Shown: positions 18,355-28,401 of the stretch, in pieces
Layout of the letters: each line of letters begins with the position of its first letter
How positions within the stretch are numbered: the stretch's first letter is position 1
Origin: an uncultured Ruficoccus sp.
Lineage (GTDB): Bacteria > Verrucomicrobiota > Verrucomicrobiia > Opitutales > Cerasicoccaceae
Length of the DNA stretch: 64,000 nt
NCBI GenBank assembly: GCA_965140785.1
Contig: OZ223521.1
Location: 32,001-96,000, forward strand
Direction of reading: 5' to 3'
Notes under the pieces: generated by a model
The model's database searches: none
Told to the model about the DNA's origin: nothing
The model's input: the letters and a program-made list of their open reading frames with translations, nothing else
Position numbers and translations under genes: made by a program

Positions 18355-20604
18355 TTAGTCGACGACGACGGTGAAACGTGCCTTGAGAAGATCCTCGTCC
18401 CGGCTGCTGCCGCCGAGCTGAAGCTCGAACTCGCCGGGCTCGACGATGCGCTCGCAGGCGGCGTTGACGAGGGTGAGCGCGCTGACGGGCAGCCGGAAGC
18501 GGACGGTCTCGCGCTGGCCGGGCTCGAGATCGACCTGGCGATAAGCCTTCAGCTCCTTGTTGACCCACGTCGCCGAGGTCACCAGATCGGCTACGTATGC
18601 CTGCACGGTTTCGCGCCCGGCGCGCTCTCCGGTGTTCGTCACGGTGACGGTGAACTCCACCTCGCTGTCGGGCTTGAGTGGCTGGTCGGTGTTGAGGATC
18701 GTGAGGTCGCTGTAGGCGAAGGTGGTGTAGCTCAGGCCGAAGCCGAAGGCGAAATGCGGGGACTGGGTGAGGTCCGCGTAGCGGTTGCCGTGCTGGCCTT
18801 TGACCTGGCTGTAATAGATGGGCTGCTGGCCGACGTGATAGGGGATAGAAATGGTCAGGCGGCCCGAGGGGTTGAAATGGCCGAAGACCGCCTCGGCCAC
18901 GGCTTGCCCGCCCATCATGCCGGGGCTGAAGGTCTCGATGATGGCGCCGGCTTGGTGGACGCACCTGGGCAGGACGAGGGGCTTGGTATTGACGATCACG
19001 AGGAGCATCGGGGTACCGGTGGCCGCCAGGGCCTCCAGCAGCGCGAGCTGACCGCCCTGAAGCTCGAGCGTCGCCGTGGAGCAGCATTCGCCGGTCAGGG
19101 GAATGTTGTCCCCGACCACGACGACCGCCACGTCCGCCGATTGGGCCTCGCGCACGGCCTCTGCGATCATGGCGGGGTCGGGTTCGGCGATGACGTTGAC
19201 TTTTCGCCGGGTCTGGCCGTCGTCGTAGCTTTCGTCGATCTCGTCCTTGAGAAGGGTGATGTCCGCGCCCCTGGCGTAGGTGACCTCGCAGTCCGCCGGG
19301 GCCAGTTGCCGGATGCCGTCGAGCACTGTGCAGGTGCAATCTCGCGGGTGTCCGTCCATGATCCACTCGACCTGGCCGCTGGCTCCGGCCCAGTCGCCGA
19401 GCTGGGCCTGGGCGTCGTCCGCGTTGGGGCCGATGACGGCGATCTTTCGCAAGCCCTCGGAGCAGAGGGGTAGCAGGCCGTCATTGCGGAGCAGGACGAG
19501 CGCGCGCCGCGCTATCTCCGCGTTGACCTGACGGTGTTCCTCACAGCCGATGACGATGGCCTGCTTTTCCAGATCGGGGCGACCGGGGTCCTCGAAGAGC
19601 CCGAGCTTAAACTTGAGCGCGAGCAGCCGCTCGACAATGGCGTCGATCTGGGCCTCCTTGACAAGGCCTTCGCGGCAGGCGTCGAGCGCCCCTTCGTAGA
19701 AGCCCGGCGTGGACATAATGAGGTCGTTGCCGCTCTGGATGGCGATGACGGAGGCGTCTTTCATGGTGGGGGCGATCTGCTGCTCCCAGTGCATGCGCCC
19801 GACGTTGTCCCAGTCGGTTACGAGAATGCCCTCGAAGCCCCATTGCTCCTTCAGTACCTCATGCAGGAGCCAGCGGTTGGCGGTGCAGGGGACGCCTTCG
19901 ATCGACTGGTAGCCGGTCATGAAGGAGAGGCAGCCCTCCCGGGCGGCCCGTTCAAAGGGCGGCAGAAAGTACGAAAGCAGCTTGCGGCGGCTCAGGTCGG
20001 CCTCGGAGGCGTCGCGCCCACCCTGAGTCTCGGAGTAGCCGGCGTAGTGCTTGGCGCAGGCGAGAATGGCCTCGGGATCGTCGAGCCCCTTACCCTGATA
20101 GCCGCGGATCATGGCGCAGGCGAACTCGCCGATGAGAAAGGGATCCTCCCCGAAGGTCTCGCCCACGCGGCCCCAGCGCAGGTCGCGGGTTAGGCACAGC
20201 ACGGGGGAGAAGGTCCACTTGAGCCCGGTGAGTCGGACTTCGCGGGCGGTCACGCGGGCAGCCTCTTCGATCAGGTCGGCATTCCAGCTCGCAGCCATGG
20301 CCAACTGGGTGGGAAAGATCGTCGCGCCGGGATGGAAGGAGTGCCCGTGGATGCAGTCGTCCCCGAAGAGCAGGGGGATGGCCAGCCGCGTGCGTGCAGC
20401 CAGGTCCATGGCGACGGCGGCCCGCTCGTTCTGGATGTGCAGGAGCGAGCCGACATGCTTGTCGAAGATGAGTTCGTTCAGGTCGCAGCGCTGGCCTTCG
20501 AGCTGCATCATTTGCCCGACTTTCTCCTCCAGGCTCATGCGCCCGAGCAGGTCGGCGACGCGGGCGTCGATGGATTGGGAGGGGTCTTGATAGATATGGG
20601 TCAT
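18355..20604 (-). CDS. GH3 beta-glucosidase/xylosidase
   Basis: MSLEEKVGQ, RWGRVGETFGEDP, KHYAGY, nucleophile TDW, FGFGLSYTTF, FnIII C-terminus. Confidence 0.93.
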   Translation of the reverse strand: MTHIYQDPSQSIDARVADLLGRMSLEEKVGQMMQLEGQRCDLNELIFDKHVGSLLHIQNERAAVAMDLAARTRLAIPLLFGDDCIHGHSFHPGATIFPTQLAMAASWNADLIEEAARVTAREVRLTGLKWTFSPVLCLTRDLRWGRVGETFGEDPFLIGEFACAMIRGYQGKGLDDPEAILACAKHYAGYSETQGGRDASEADLSRRKLLSYFLPPFERAAREGCLSFMTGYQSIEGVPCTANRWLLHEVLKEQWGFEGILVTDWDNVGRMHWEQQIAPTMKDASVIAIQSGNDLIMSTPGFYEGALDACREGLVKEAQIDAIVERLLALKFKLGLFEDPGRPDLEKQAIVIGCEEHRQVNAEIARRALVLLRNDGLLPLCSEGLRKIAVIGPNADDAQAQLGDWAGASGQVEWIMDGHPRDCTCTVLDGIRQLAPADCEVTYARGADITLLKDEIDESYDDGQTRRKVNVIAEPDPAMIAEAVREAQSADVAVVVVGDNIPLTGECCSTATLELQGGQLALLEALAATGTPMLLVIVNTKPLVLPRCVHQAGAIIETFSPGMMGGQAVAEAVFGHFNPSGRLTISIPYHVGQQPIYYSQVKGQHGNRYADLTQSPHFAFGFGLSYTTFAYSDLTILNTDQPLKPDSEVEFTVTVTNTGERAGRETVQAYVADLVTSATWVNKELKAYRQVDLEPGQRETVRFRLPVSALTLVNAACERIVEPGEFELQLGGSSRDEDLLKARFTVVVD

Positions 20605-20668
20605 GGGAGGTAAAAAGGGTTTATCCTAACGGTACCCCAATGCACGGGGACAGCGAGTTGTGTTGCGC

Positions 20669-20717
20669 TCAAACCATTGACTGTCGAGTGGTCTGCCCAC
20701 AGTGCTCAACGGTTTGA
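20669..20717. promoter_or_regulatory. Two degenerate copies of operator motif 1
   Basis: TCAAACCATTGA (20669-20680, 9/12 on the reverse strand) and TCAACGGTTTGA (20706-20717, 10/12) versus TCAACAGTGTGA; located in a divergent promoter region. Confidence 0.5.
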
Positions 20718-20801
20718 TCCTCATGCCGTTTGCCAACTAAGAAATTTCGAGCATAGGTTAATCCTCAGAACCCTGCATTGAGTATCTGATTCGTACCCTT
20801 C

Positions 20802-21641
20802 ATGAGCTTATCCCGCTTCTTTTCCAGACCACTTTCATGGGTCGCCCTGCTGGGGCTTGGCATCTGCCTGACGGGCAGCCTGCACGCCGCCGAAGAGGCG
20901 CAGCCGGCAGTCAAACAGGGCAATGCACCCTTTGTCATCCTGAAGCTGGATGACCTGACGTGGCGCAGTCCGGCCTGGAAGCAGACGGTGGCCTTTCTGG
21001 AGGAGAAGAACATCAAGTTCAGCATCGGGATCATCTGCGAGAAGGCGCTGGAGGGGGACCGCAAGCCCTTTTACGCATGGGTGAAGGAGCACAATGCCAC
21101 CGGCCTGGTCGAGTTCTGGAACCACGGCTACACGCACAAGGAGTGGAAGGACGAAAACGGCAACAAGGTGCGGGAGTTCGCCGGAGCCCCCTACGAGGAG
21201 CAGAAGCAGCACTTCGAGCGCTCGCAGGAGCTGGCCAAAGAAAAGCTCGGTATCACCTTTCGCACGTTCGGTGCGCCTTTCAACAAGACCGACGAAAACA
21301 CCGTACGTGTGCTCAATGAGAACCCCGACGTGAAGGTGTTCCTCTACGGCACAGCAGATCAGGCCAAGGAGCTTTCTGAGGTGGAGGTGATCGAACGCAC
21401 ACCGATGAATATCGAGTACCCGCTTTTTATCCCCAATCCCGACCAACTGAAAAAAGACTACGCAAAACTTTCCCCCACGACCGAGTGCTTTGTCATCCAG
21501 GGCCACCCGAACAACTGGGACAAGGATGACCGTTTCGAGCGCTTCAAGGAACTGGTCAACTACCTCATCGAGCAGGGCGTCACTTTTACCACCCCGTATG
21601 AATACTACCTCTATTGCCAGCAAAAGACACCCGCGTCCTGA
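20802..21641 (+). CDS. Exported polysaccharide deacetylase (NodB/DUF2334-like)
   Basis: Signal peptide, LKLDDL, WNHGYTH, FGAPFN, QGHP. Confidence 0.75.
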   Translation: MSLSRFFSRPLSWVALLGLGICLTGSLHAAEEAQPAVKQGNAPFVILKLDDLTWRSPAWKQTVAFLEEKNIKFSIGIICEKALEGDRKPFYAWVKEHNATGLVEFWNHGYTHKEWKDENGNKVREFAGAPYEEQKQHFERSQELAKEKLGITFRTFGAPFNKTDENTVRVLNENPDVKVFLYGTADQAKELSEVEVIERTPMNIEYPLFIPNPDQLKKDYAKLSPTTECFVIQGHPNNWDKDDRFERFKELVNYLIEQGVTFTTPYEYYLYCQQKTPAS

Positions 21642-21680
21642 GCACATCCCTGTGGCGGGTGCGTTGGATATTGGCCTGGA

Positions 21681-21692
21681 TCAACAGTGTGA
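21681..21692 (+). promoter_or_regulatory. Operator motif 1 (TCAACAGTGTGA)
   Basis: Exact copy about 120 bp upstream of the PEP-CTERM gene. Confidence 0.7.
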
Positions 21693-21808
21693 CTTTCACC
21701 CGCCTTGCGCTAGTCCCGCGCTGATGGGAGAATGGCTTTCACGATAAGCCCGACTTGCGTTCATCGCAGTGTAAACCCCCGAAACCCCCGAAACAACTGC
21801 TCACGCTT

Positions 21809-23172
21809 ATGAAAACACAAATCGCCCCGACCTTGCTTAAGCGCCCTGTCGGTATCGCCGCAGCCAGCTGCATGCTGCTTGCCGCTTCCTCCAGCTTCGC
21901 CGCCGACCTGACCTGGCTTTATGACACCGGCAGTTACGACTGGGATCTCACCTCGGAGTATTGGAACGACGGCGTCAGCGACACCGCCTGGACCAATGGC
22001 GATGCCGCCATCTTTAATGGTTTTTCCGACTCCTCCACGCTCACCTTGCAGAATAATGTCACTGCGACGAGCATCACCCGTAATGATACCAATGGCACTA
22101 AGTCACTGACCATCGACGGGGGGGCTACCAGCTCGACGTCACAACGATCTCGGCCCTCGGCTCCGTCGGAGATATCAAGGTCGATGCCGACATTACCGGC
22201 GACCACGATTTGACCTTGATTGGGCCGAATACCTCCTACGGGCAAACCGACACCCGTATTCAGTTGGTCACCGCGTCAAGCTACACGGGTACCACCTACC
22301 TCAAGAATTACGCATATGTTCTAGCTGACGATTTCAGCAACAATGCTCTCCCGACCTCGACGGTCCTGGACATCGATGGGGGCTCCACCTTCTTCATGAA
22401 ATACCACACCCAGACAGTCCAGGGATTGACGGGCGATGGTAGCATGCGGGGTACCAGTCAGAGCCCGACCAGCAATTTGGCGAAATTGGTCATCGATACC
22501 CAGGCGGGGGTCACGACTGAGTTTACCGGGACCACGGGCTCCACTAACGACAGCCTTCATCTGGAGATCACGGGGTCCGGCACGCAGCGCTTTTCCAAGG
22601 GTTATGTGAGTGGCGGGAGCATCACCGTATCCGGCGGCACGCTGGACCTGGGCGGCGACGTGACCGCTGCGCCCAGCGTGACGATCAGCGGCGGTAATCT
22701 GCTCAGCGACGCCGGTGAGACGATCGCCCTCGGTGTCGGCACCGTGAGCATGACCTCCGGTTCGATCACGCCGGGGGGCGTGGGCAGCGCCGGGACGATG
22801 GCGGTGGCCGCCGACCAGAACTTCACCGTGAGCGGCGGCGCGCTGAACATGGATGTCGGCACCTCCTCGGACCAGATTCTCGGTGCCGGCAGCGGCACCT
22901 TCAGCCTTGAAAACATGACCATCGCGCTGACGACCGGAGACGGTTTCGACTACAACAGCACGTACACCCTGCTCAGCGGTTTCGCCAGCGGTAGCTACGA
23001 CAATGTCACCATCACCGGCTACGACACTGCCAACTGGCTGGCCCAGCTCGACGTCTCTTCGGGCGGTTTGAACTTGTCCTTCGTCTCCGTGCCCGAGCCC
23101 TCGACCTACGCGCTGATCTTCGGCGGACTGGTCGGCCTGGTCGCCCTGCAGCGCCGCCGGCGCCGGGGCTGA
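21809..23172 (+). pseudogene. PEP-CTERM surface protein with passenger-like beta repeats, frameshifted in G7 at 22118-22124
   Basis: Signal peptide from MKTQ; C-terminal VPEPSTYALIFGGLVGLVALQRRRRRG. One extra G joins the two ORFs (DGGGYQLDVTT...). Confidence 0.85.
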
Positions 23173-23294
23173 TCCGGGGCGCGCGGACTGCTCCGAGGCT
23201 TGCCCTGGCGGCAAGTCCCGGGGTAGGATCAGGTTACAGTCACAGGCGGTGCCTTCCACCACCCCGCAGACAACCCCAACCCCTCTTCCCCGAT

Positions 23295-23978
23295 ATGAAA
23301 AAACAGATCTGTCATTTGCTTGTCGCCACCTTGTGCCTGGCCGGTCCGCTTGCGGCCCAGAACCTGGTCAAGAACGGCACTTTCGAAAAAGGCACGTCCA
23401 ACTGGAGCCTCTTCGCTCCGGGAGATGCCAAGGCCAACAACGCCAAGCTGGCCGTGAGCGCCGAAGGGGCGCACGGGGGCGCGAACGCCGCCGAGCTGAC
23501 CTCCACGGGGCCCGTGCGTTATGGCATGGTCACCTATATCAGCGGCCATCGGTTCGCACCCGGTCAGAAGTATCGCCTGCGTGCGTGGGTACGCGCAGGG
23601 GCGGACTTCCAGCCCGTGGCGGATACGCCGGGATTTCTCATCCGCGTGACGATGTACGCGTCGGCGAGCGGCTGGGACACGGCGACCGACGGGATGCTCT
23701 ATCTCGGAGCCGCCGATAAGGTCGTCCGTGGCAAGGACACCAGCGCTTTCAACAACCAGGTCGTTCCGACCGAATGGACCCAGCTGGAAACGGAGTTCGT
23801 GGCCTCGCCGGAGACGGCCAAAATGAACATTTCGGTCTTCGTCTGGAAGGGAAGCGGCGCTTTTTACGTGGACGATGTTTCGCTCGAGCTGCTGCCTGCC
23901 GAGGCACAGCCGACAGCGGTCGCTCCTCCGGCGACGACATCTGCCCCGGTGGAAGCGACCGTTCCAGAGGCGAAATAG
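23295..23978 (+). CDS. Exported carbohydrate-binding (CBM4/9-like) protein
   Basis: Signal peptide, NLVKNGTFE, YRLRAWVR, FYVDDVSL. Confidence 0.8.
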   Translation: MKKQICHLLVATLCLAGPLAAQNLVKNGTFEKGTSNWSLFAPGDAKANNAKLAVSAEGAHGGANAAELTSTGPVRYGMVTYISGHRFAPGQKYRLRAWVRAGADFQPVADTPGFLIRVTMYASASGWDTATDGMLYLGAADKVVRGKDTSAFNNQVVPTEWTQLETEFVASPETAKMNISVFVWKGSGAFYVDDVSLELLPAEAQPTAVAPPATTSAPVEATVPEAK

Positions 23979-24115
23979 AGCACTTTTTGGCACGAAGAGA
24001 CAGCCAGGAATTGTCTGCCTCTGAATAGGCAGAGAAAAAAGTAAACATCCAGGCATTCGCCTGGTTTTAGATTAACCGCATCCAAAGCGGTTGGATGGCA
24101 CAGCACACATAGAGT

Positions 24116-24170
24116 CCCCTCGGATACCGGCCCGACGCACGCCGGGTAGCGGATCCGGGGGGCTTTTTTT
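24116..24170 (+). terminator. Long-stem intrinsic terminator
   Basis: CCCCTCGGAT...ATCCGGGGGG followed by T7. Confidence 0.6.
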
Positions 24171-24238
24171 AGAGAATCTGCATCCGGTCGGAACCGGCCA
24201 TGGGGCGACTTATTGCCCCTGACGTGAGGCCGTGAAGC

Positions 24239-25282
24239 CTAAGCCTGCTGGGCGCGCAGCGTCGTGCCTTGCCGCCAGGTGCCCTCGACGAGAATGCGGA
24301 CGGGGGTGGCCGGGATCCCGTGCTCTCCGCGCTGGAGCATGCCCACCAGAAAGTCCACCGCAGTCTGGCCGATGAGGCGCCCGTTCTGGTCAACCCCGGC
24401 GCGCGTCTTGTCATCGGCCCCGAGCGAAAGCCAGGCGCAGCCGACATCCTCTGGCACGCGTACACCGAGGTCGCCCAGCCACTCGTCGATCTCATGGTCG
24501 ATGTCGCTGATCACGACATCCGGGCGGTTTTTCAGATACCACGCCTGGAAAAGCTCGCGGTCGTCCACCCCTTCGCTGCCCATGTAGGCGGTCACGTGCT
24601 TGCGGTCCGGATGACGCTGGCAGTAGCGCCAGTAGCCGGTCGTGTAGGCGTTGTCGGTTTTGTTGTCCACGTAATCGTGCAGGTACAGCCCGATGCGCTG
24701 GTAGCCCAGCTCCGTGATCTTGTCGAGCGCCAGGCTCACGCTGTGAAACTGGTGGTTGGTCACCAGATGGAAGACGTGCGGCACGATGCTGTAGCCGAAC
24801 GAGATGGTCGAAAAGAGTTTGTACTCCAGGGGCAAGCGGTTGGCCTGGGTGGGGAGGGGAGGCAGGAGAAGGCCGGTGATGCCGCGGCTGTTCAAAACCC
24901 GGGAGAGGCGTTGCGGGCTCATGTCGCTTTCACACAGGCGGAACTCCTCCAGTTCGTAGCCCAGTTGTCGGGCGCGTTCGCCGGCACCAAGGTAGTACTC
25001 ATTAAAGGTGGGCTGGTCACGCAGGCGAAGTTTGGCTTCGTTGGTCCAAGTGTCGATCCAGGCGAGGGTGGACTGGTAATGGACCGTGAGTTTGGTTTTG
25101 CGGTAGGCGTTGAGCGCAGCCAGGGCCGGATCGGGAGTGTAACCAAGCTTGCGGGCGATCGCTTTGATCTTATCCCGTACAGGAGCGGAAACCCTCGGGT
25201 GGTCGCGCAGGGCCAGGCTGACCGTGCTGTAGTGGACATCTGCCTCGGCGGCGATGTCTCTCAGAGTGACCCGGGCTTTCAC
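24239..25282 (-). CDS. LacI-family regulator 1
   Basis: VTLRDIAAEADVHYSTVSLALR HTH, GYTPDPAL, VRVPEDVG. Confidence 0.92.
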   Translation of the reverse strand: MKARVTLRDIAAEADVHYSTVSLALRDHPRVSAPVRDKIKAIARKLGYTPDPALAALNAYRKTKLTVHYQSTLAWIDTWTNEAKLRLRDQPTFNEYYLGAGERARQLGYELEEFRLCESDMSPQRLSRVLNSRGITGLLLPPLPTQANRLPLEYKLFSTISFGYSIVPHVFHLVTNHQFHSVSLALDKITELGYQRIGLYLHDYVDNKTDNAYTTGYWRYCQRHPDRKHVTAYMGSEGVDDRELFQAWYLKNRPDVVISDIDHEIDEWLGDLGVRVPEDVGCAWLSLGADDKTRAGVDQNGRLIGQTAVDFLVGMLQRGEHGIPATPVRILVEGTWRQGTTLRAQQA

Positions 25283-25283
25283 G

Positions 25284-25348
25284 TCAACAATGTGTCGTCA
25301 TACAAAGTCATGTGTCAATCTCAACCCGGCGCAAAATCAACAGTGTGA
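25284..25348. promoter_or_regulatory. Operator motif 1 copies in the lacI/dehydrogenase divergent region
   Basis: TCAACAATGTGT (25284-25295, next to the LacI start codon) and exact TCAACAGTGTGA (25337-25348). Confidence 0.7.
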
Positions 25349-25394
25349 CTCGTGTGCGACTGGAGCTTTACGCGCAAAATCGTAGATTAGGGGT

Positions 25395-26441
25395 ATGTCC
25401 ACCGAGAGCCCCCGGATTTCTCATGAACGCCCCTGCGCCGACCCTACTACTCCGGGCAAGGTGTTGCTTGCACTCAGTGCCGACGAAATGGCTTTGTTTT
25501 TCCCGGAGGGCTTTGATGGTGGCGGGGCCACGGTCGAGTGGAAGGAACCGGCGCTGAAGACTCAGGTGCTTTATGACATGCTCCAGCATGCGCAACCGGA
25601 TGTCGTCGTGACGGCCTGGACCACGCCTGCCTTTGAGGTGGAGTGGCTGGATGAATTTCCAGCTCTGCGCTACATTTGCCATGCCAGCGGATCGGTGCGT
25701 AATCTGGTCCCGCGCGTTTTCCTGGAGCGGGGCGTCCTGGTCAGCAACTGGGGGACACTGGCCGCCAGTAATGTGGCCGAGCATGCGTTGCTCCTGACCC
25801 TCGCCGGCTTGCGACGGATGAGCGAATGGTCGAGTGTCATCAGCGGCCAGCGACCGTGGCAGCCGTCGCCGATTGTCACCCGGACGCTTTTCCGCAAACG
25901 GGTGGGTGTGCATGGGATGGGCAATGTCGCCCAGTGCCTGGTTCGGCTGCTGGCGTGCTTCGAGGTCAGTGTCTCGGCCTACTCGGAAGGTGTCCCGCAG
26001 GAGCTGTATGACCGCTGTGGTGTGAAGCGCTGCGAGCGGCTCGAAGACCTTTTTGCCGACAACGACATCGTGATCGAGTGCGAGGCCCTGAGTGCGCATA
26101 CGCAGGGGATCGTCACGCGCGAGATCCTCAACCGGCTCCCGTACGGGGCGCTCTTTGTCAATGTCGGACGCGGTGCCGTGGTGGACGAGGCCGCGCTGGC
26201 CGAGCTGGCGAGAGCGGGCCGTTGCCATGTGGCGCTGGATGTTTACGAGACCGACCCGATCGATCCGCAGTCCCCGCTACATGAGGTGGAGGATGGAGTG
26301 CTCTCCCCGCATATCGCCGGACCGACCTCGGACCAGTTCGCCTGTTGTGGCCAACTGGCCATGCGCAACGTGCGCGCTTTTCTGGCCGGGGAACCGGTTG
26401 AGGCCGTGGTCGATTTGCCGATCTATGACCGTTCGACCTAG
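25395..26441 (+). CDS. D-isomer-specific 2-hydroxyacid dehydrogenase
   Basis: VAEHAL, VGVHGMGNVA, FVNVGRGAVVDE, ALDVYETDP, SPHIAG. Confidence 0.9.
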   Translation: MSTESPRISHERPCADPTTPGKVLLALSADEMALFFPEGFDGGGATVEWKEPALKTQVLYDMLQHAQPDVVVTAWTTPAFEVEWLDEFPALRYICHASGSVRNLVPRVFLERGVLVSNWGTLAASNVAEHALLLTLAGLRRMSEWSSVISGQRPWQPSPIVTRTLFRKRVGVHGMGNVAQCLVRLLACFEVSVSAYSEGVPQELYDRCGVKRCERLEDLFADNDIVIECEALSAHTQGIVTREILNRLPYGALFVNVGRGAVVDEAALAELARAGRCHVALDVYETDPIDPQSPLHEVEDGVLSPHIAGPTSDQFACCGQLAMRNVRAFLAGEPVEAVVDLPIYDRST

Positions 26442-26642
26442 TGGATGGCGATTTCCCGCATCCGTCACTCTCTCGCCCCGTATTGCTTGGATAACCCCGC
26501 GTGACCATGACCTTTTCCGCCCCTGACCCTATCTGGCTTTCTTCGGTGAGTTCCGCGTTGACCGACCGCCGCGCGCTCGATGATTTTAAAAGCGTCGCAC
26601 CGTCGGAGGCATGCCCTTGTCTCCTGCGTAAGGAGGACACTG

Positions 26643-28058
26643 ATGTCTAAAGACCCGACAGAAACGAGCGACATGCCGACACTCCCCGCCGAAGAGCCGA
26701 ACCCAGCGCAAGACTCCGGACCCAAGACCTGGAGCGTGGGCACGCTGCGCTACACACGCAACGGGCTGATCGCGCTCTTCGCGATTCTGCTCTTGGGTGA
26801 CTTCGCCTGGTCCATGCGGGACCGTTCGGTCGGGCCGATGGCGCAGTGGTTTCTGGATCATCAGAACGTGCCCAGCCTGGTTTTCGGGCTACTGGTGAGT
26901 TCTTTTCCGGCGTTGATCGGGATGGTCCTGGGGCCCGTCATCAGCGTGAAGTCCGACCGCCATCGGGGGCGCTGGGGGCGGCGTATTCCCTTCCTGCTGG
27001 TGACCACGCCGGTCGCGGCGGCGGGCATGATCGGCCTTGGGGTGACGCCGCACATCGCCGCCTGGGGACACGCGACTTTTCCCAATGAAAGCGAGGTCCT
27101 GATTTCGGTCCTGTGCTTCGGGGTTTTCTGGGCCATGTTCGAGGTGGCGACCATCGCCAGCCAGGCGGTCTTCGGCGGCCTGGTCAACGACGTGGTCCCG
27201 CAGCCGCTGCTCGGGCGCTTCTACGGGCTTTTTCGGGCCGTCAGCCTGATCGACGGGATGGTTTTCAACTACTGGATCATGGGCAAGGTGCCCAGCCACT
27301 TTACGGTCATCCTGGTCGGGGTCGGGATCTTCTACGGAGGCGCGTTCCTGTGGGTCTGCCTGCGGGTCAAGGAGGGGAAATACCCGCCGCCTCCGCCGCC
27401 GTCCGAGCAGAAGGGCCTCAAGGGGGCGGCGCTCGGCGTGCGCGGCTACCTGCGTGAGTGTTTTTCAAATCCGTATTACCTCTGCGTTTTCATTTTGCTG
27501 ATGGCCGCGCAGTTGTCCTTTATGCCGGTCAACGTGTTTGCGATCCCCTTTGCCCGGAGCGTGGGGGTGGACATGGACGTTTACGGCAAGTACCTGGCGC
27601 TGACCTTTCTGATCTCGCTATGCCTGTCGTATCCGCTGGGCTGGATGGCGGATCTGTTCCATCCGCTGCGGATGGCGATCGGCACCATGGTCGGCTACGC
27701 GCTGGTGACGGCCTGGGGGTGGGCTCACGCGGACAGCTCCCATTATTTCCTGTCTGCGTGGGTGATGCACGGCGTGCTCTCGGGCTGCTACTTTACGAGC
27801 GCGGCTTCGCTCATGCAGCGGCTCTTCCCGCATGAGAAATTCGCCCAGTTCGCCTCGGCCGCAGGGATGCTCATGGCTCCGATGAGCATGGCCATCGCGC
27901 CCGTCATTGGTAGCATTATCGATGTGAGCGGCGGGGTGTACCGCTACACCTTTGCCGGGGGGTGCGTGTTGTCCGTCCTGGCTCTCGGGGCCGGGTTCGT
28001 CGTGCACGCACGCTTCATGAAGCTCGGCGGTCCGAAAAACTACGTGGCACCGCAGTAA
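26643..28058 (+). CDS. MFS transporter (glycoside/sugar type)
   Basis: About 12 TM segments, SDRHRGRWGRRIPF; AAGGAGG upstream of the MSKDP start. Confidence 0.88.
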   Translation: MSKDPTETSDMPTLPAEEPNPAQDSGPKTWSVGTLRYTRNGLIALFAILLLGDFAWSMRDRSVGPMAQWFLDHQNVPSLVFGLLVSSFPALIGMVLGPVISVKSDRHRGRWGRRIPFLLVTTPVAAAGMIGLGVTPHIAAWGHATFPNESEVLISVLCFGVFWAMFEVATIASQAVFGGLVNDVVPQPLLGRFYGLFRAVSLIDGMVFNYWIMGKVPSHFTVILVGVGIFYGGAFLWVCLRVKEGKYPPPPPPSEQKGLKGAALGVRGYLRECFSNPYYLCVFILLMAAQLSFMPVNVFAIPFARSVGVDMDVYGKYLALTFLISLCLSYPLGWMADLFHPLRMAIGTMVGYALVTAWGWAHADSSHYFLSAWVMHGVLSGCYFTSAASLMQRLFPHEKFAQFASAAGMLMAPMSMAIAPVIGSIIDVSGGVYRYTFAGGCVLSVLALGAGFVVHARFMKLGGPKNYVAPQ

Positions 28059-28145
28059 GTCCGGGCCGGTGGACACGTTTAGAGCCCATTCTCGGAAGGG
28101 TTGGAAAGCAACACACGCCCATCCTACAAGCATTTTAGGAATGGT

Positions 28146-28212
28146 TTTAACCACAGATGGGCACAGATAGAGCTGAAATAATCTGTGTCCATCTGTGTCA
28201 TCTGTGGTTAAA
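28146..28212. repeat. Inverted repeat built from CACAGAT units
   Basis: TTTAACCACAGATG GGCACAGAT ... ATCTGTGTCC ATCTGTGT CATCTGTGGTTAAA. Confidence 0.75.
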
Positions 28213-28401
28213 TATAAAGCTATTTACGGCTACGGCTTTATTTAACTACTCTAGCCAGTTGCACCCCGGCGGGTGATCAAGAGGAAGGGCGGAACGATCT
28301 CGCTGCGGTCCTGCAGCGCGCGGAACACGATTGAACGGCCCTGATGCTCCCTGCAGCCTTCGCGCCTTGGCGGTTAATCCCCCTGGTCAATCGCGACGCT
28401 C

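Noticed and set aside
21809..23172. Autotransporter, or a proven phase-variable gene
   Set aside because: It ends in PEP-CTERM rather than a beta-barrel. The G7 indel is one of several similar indels and is more simply an error.
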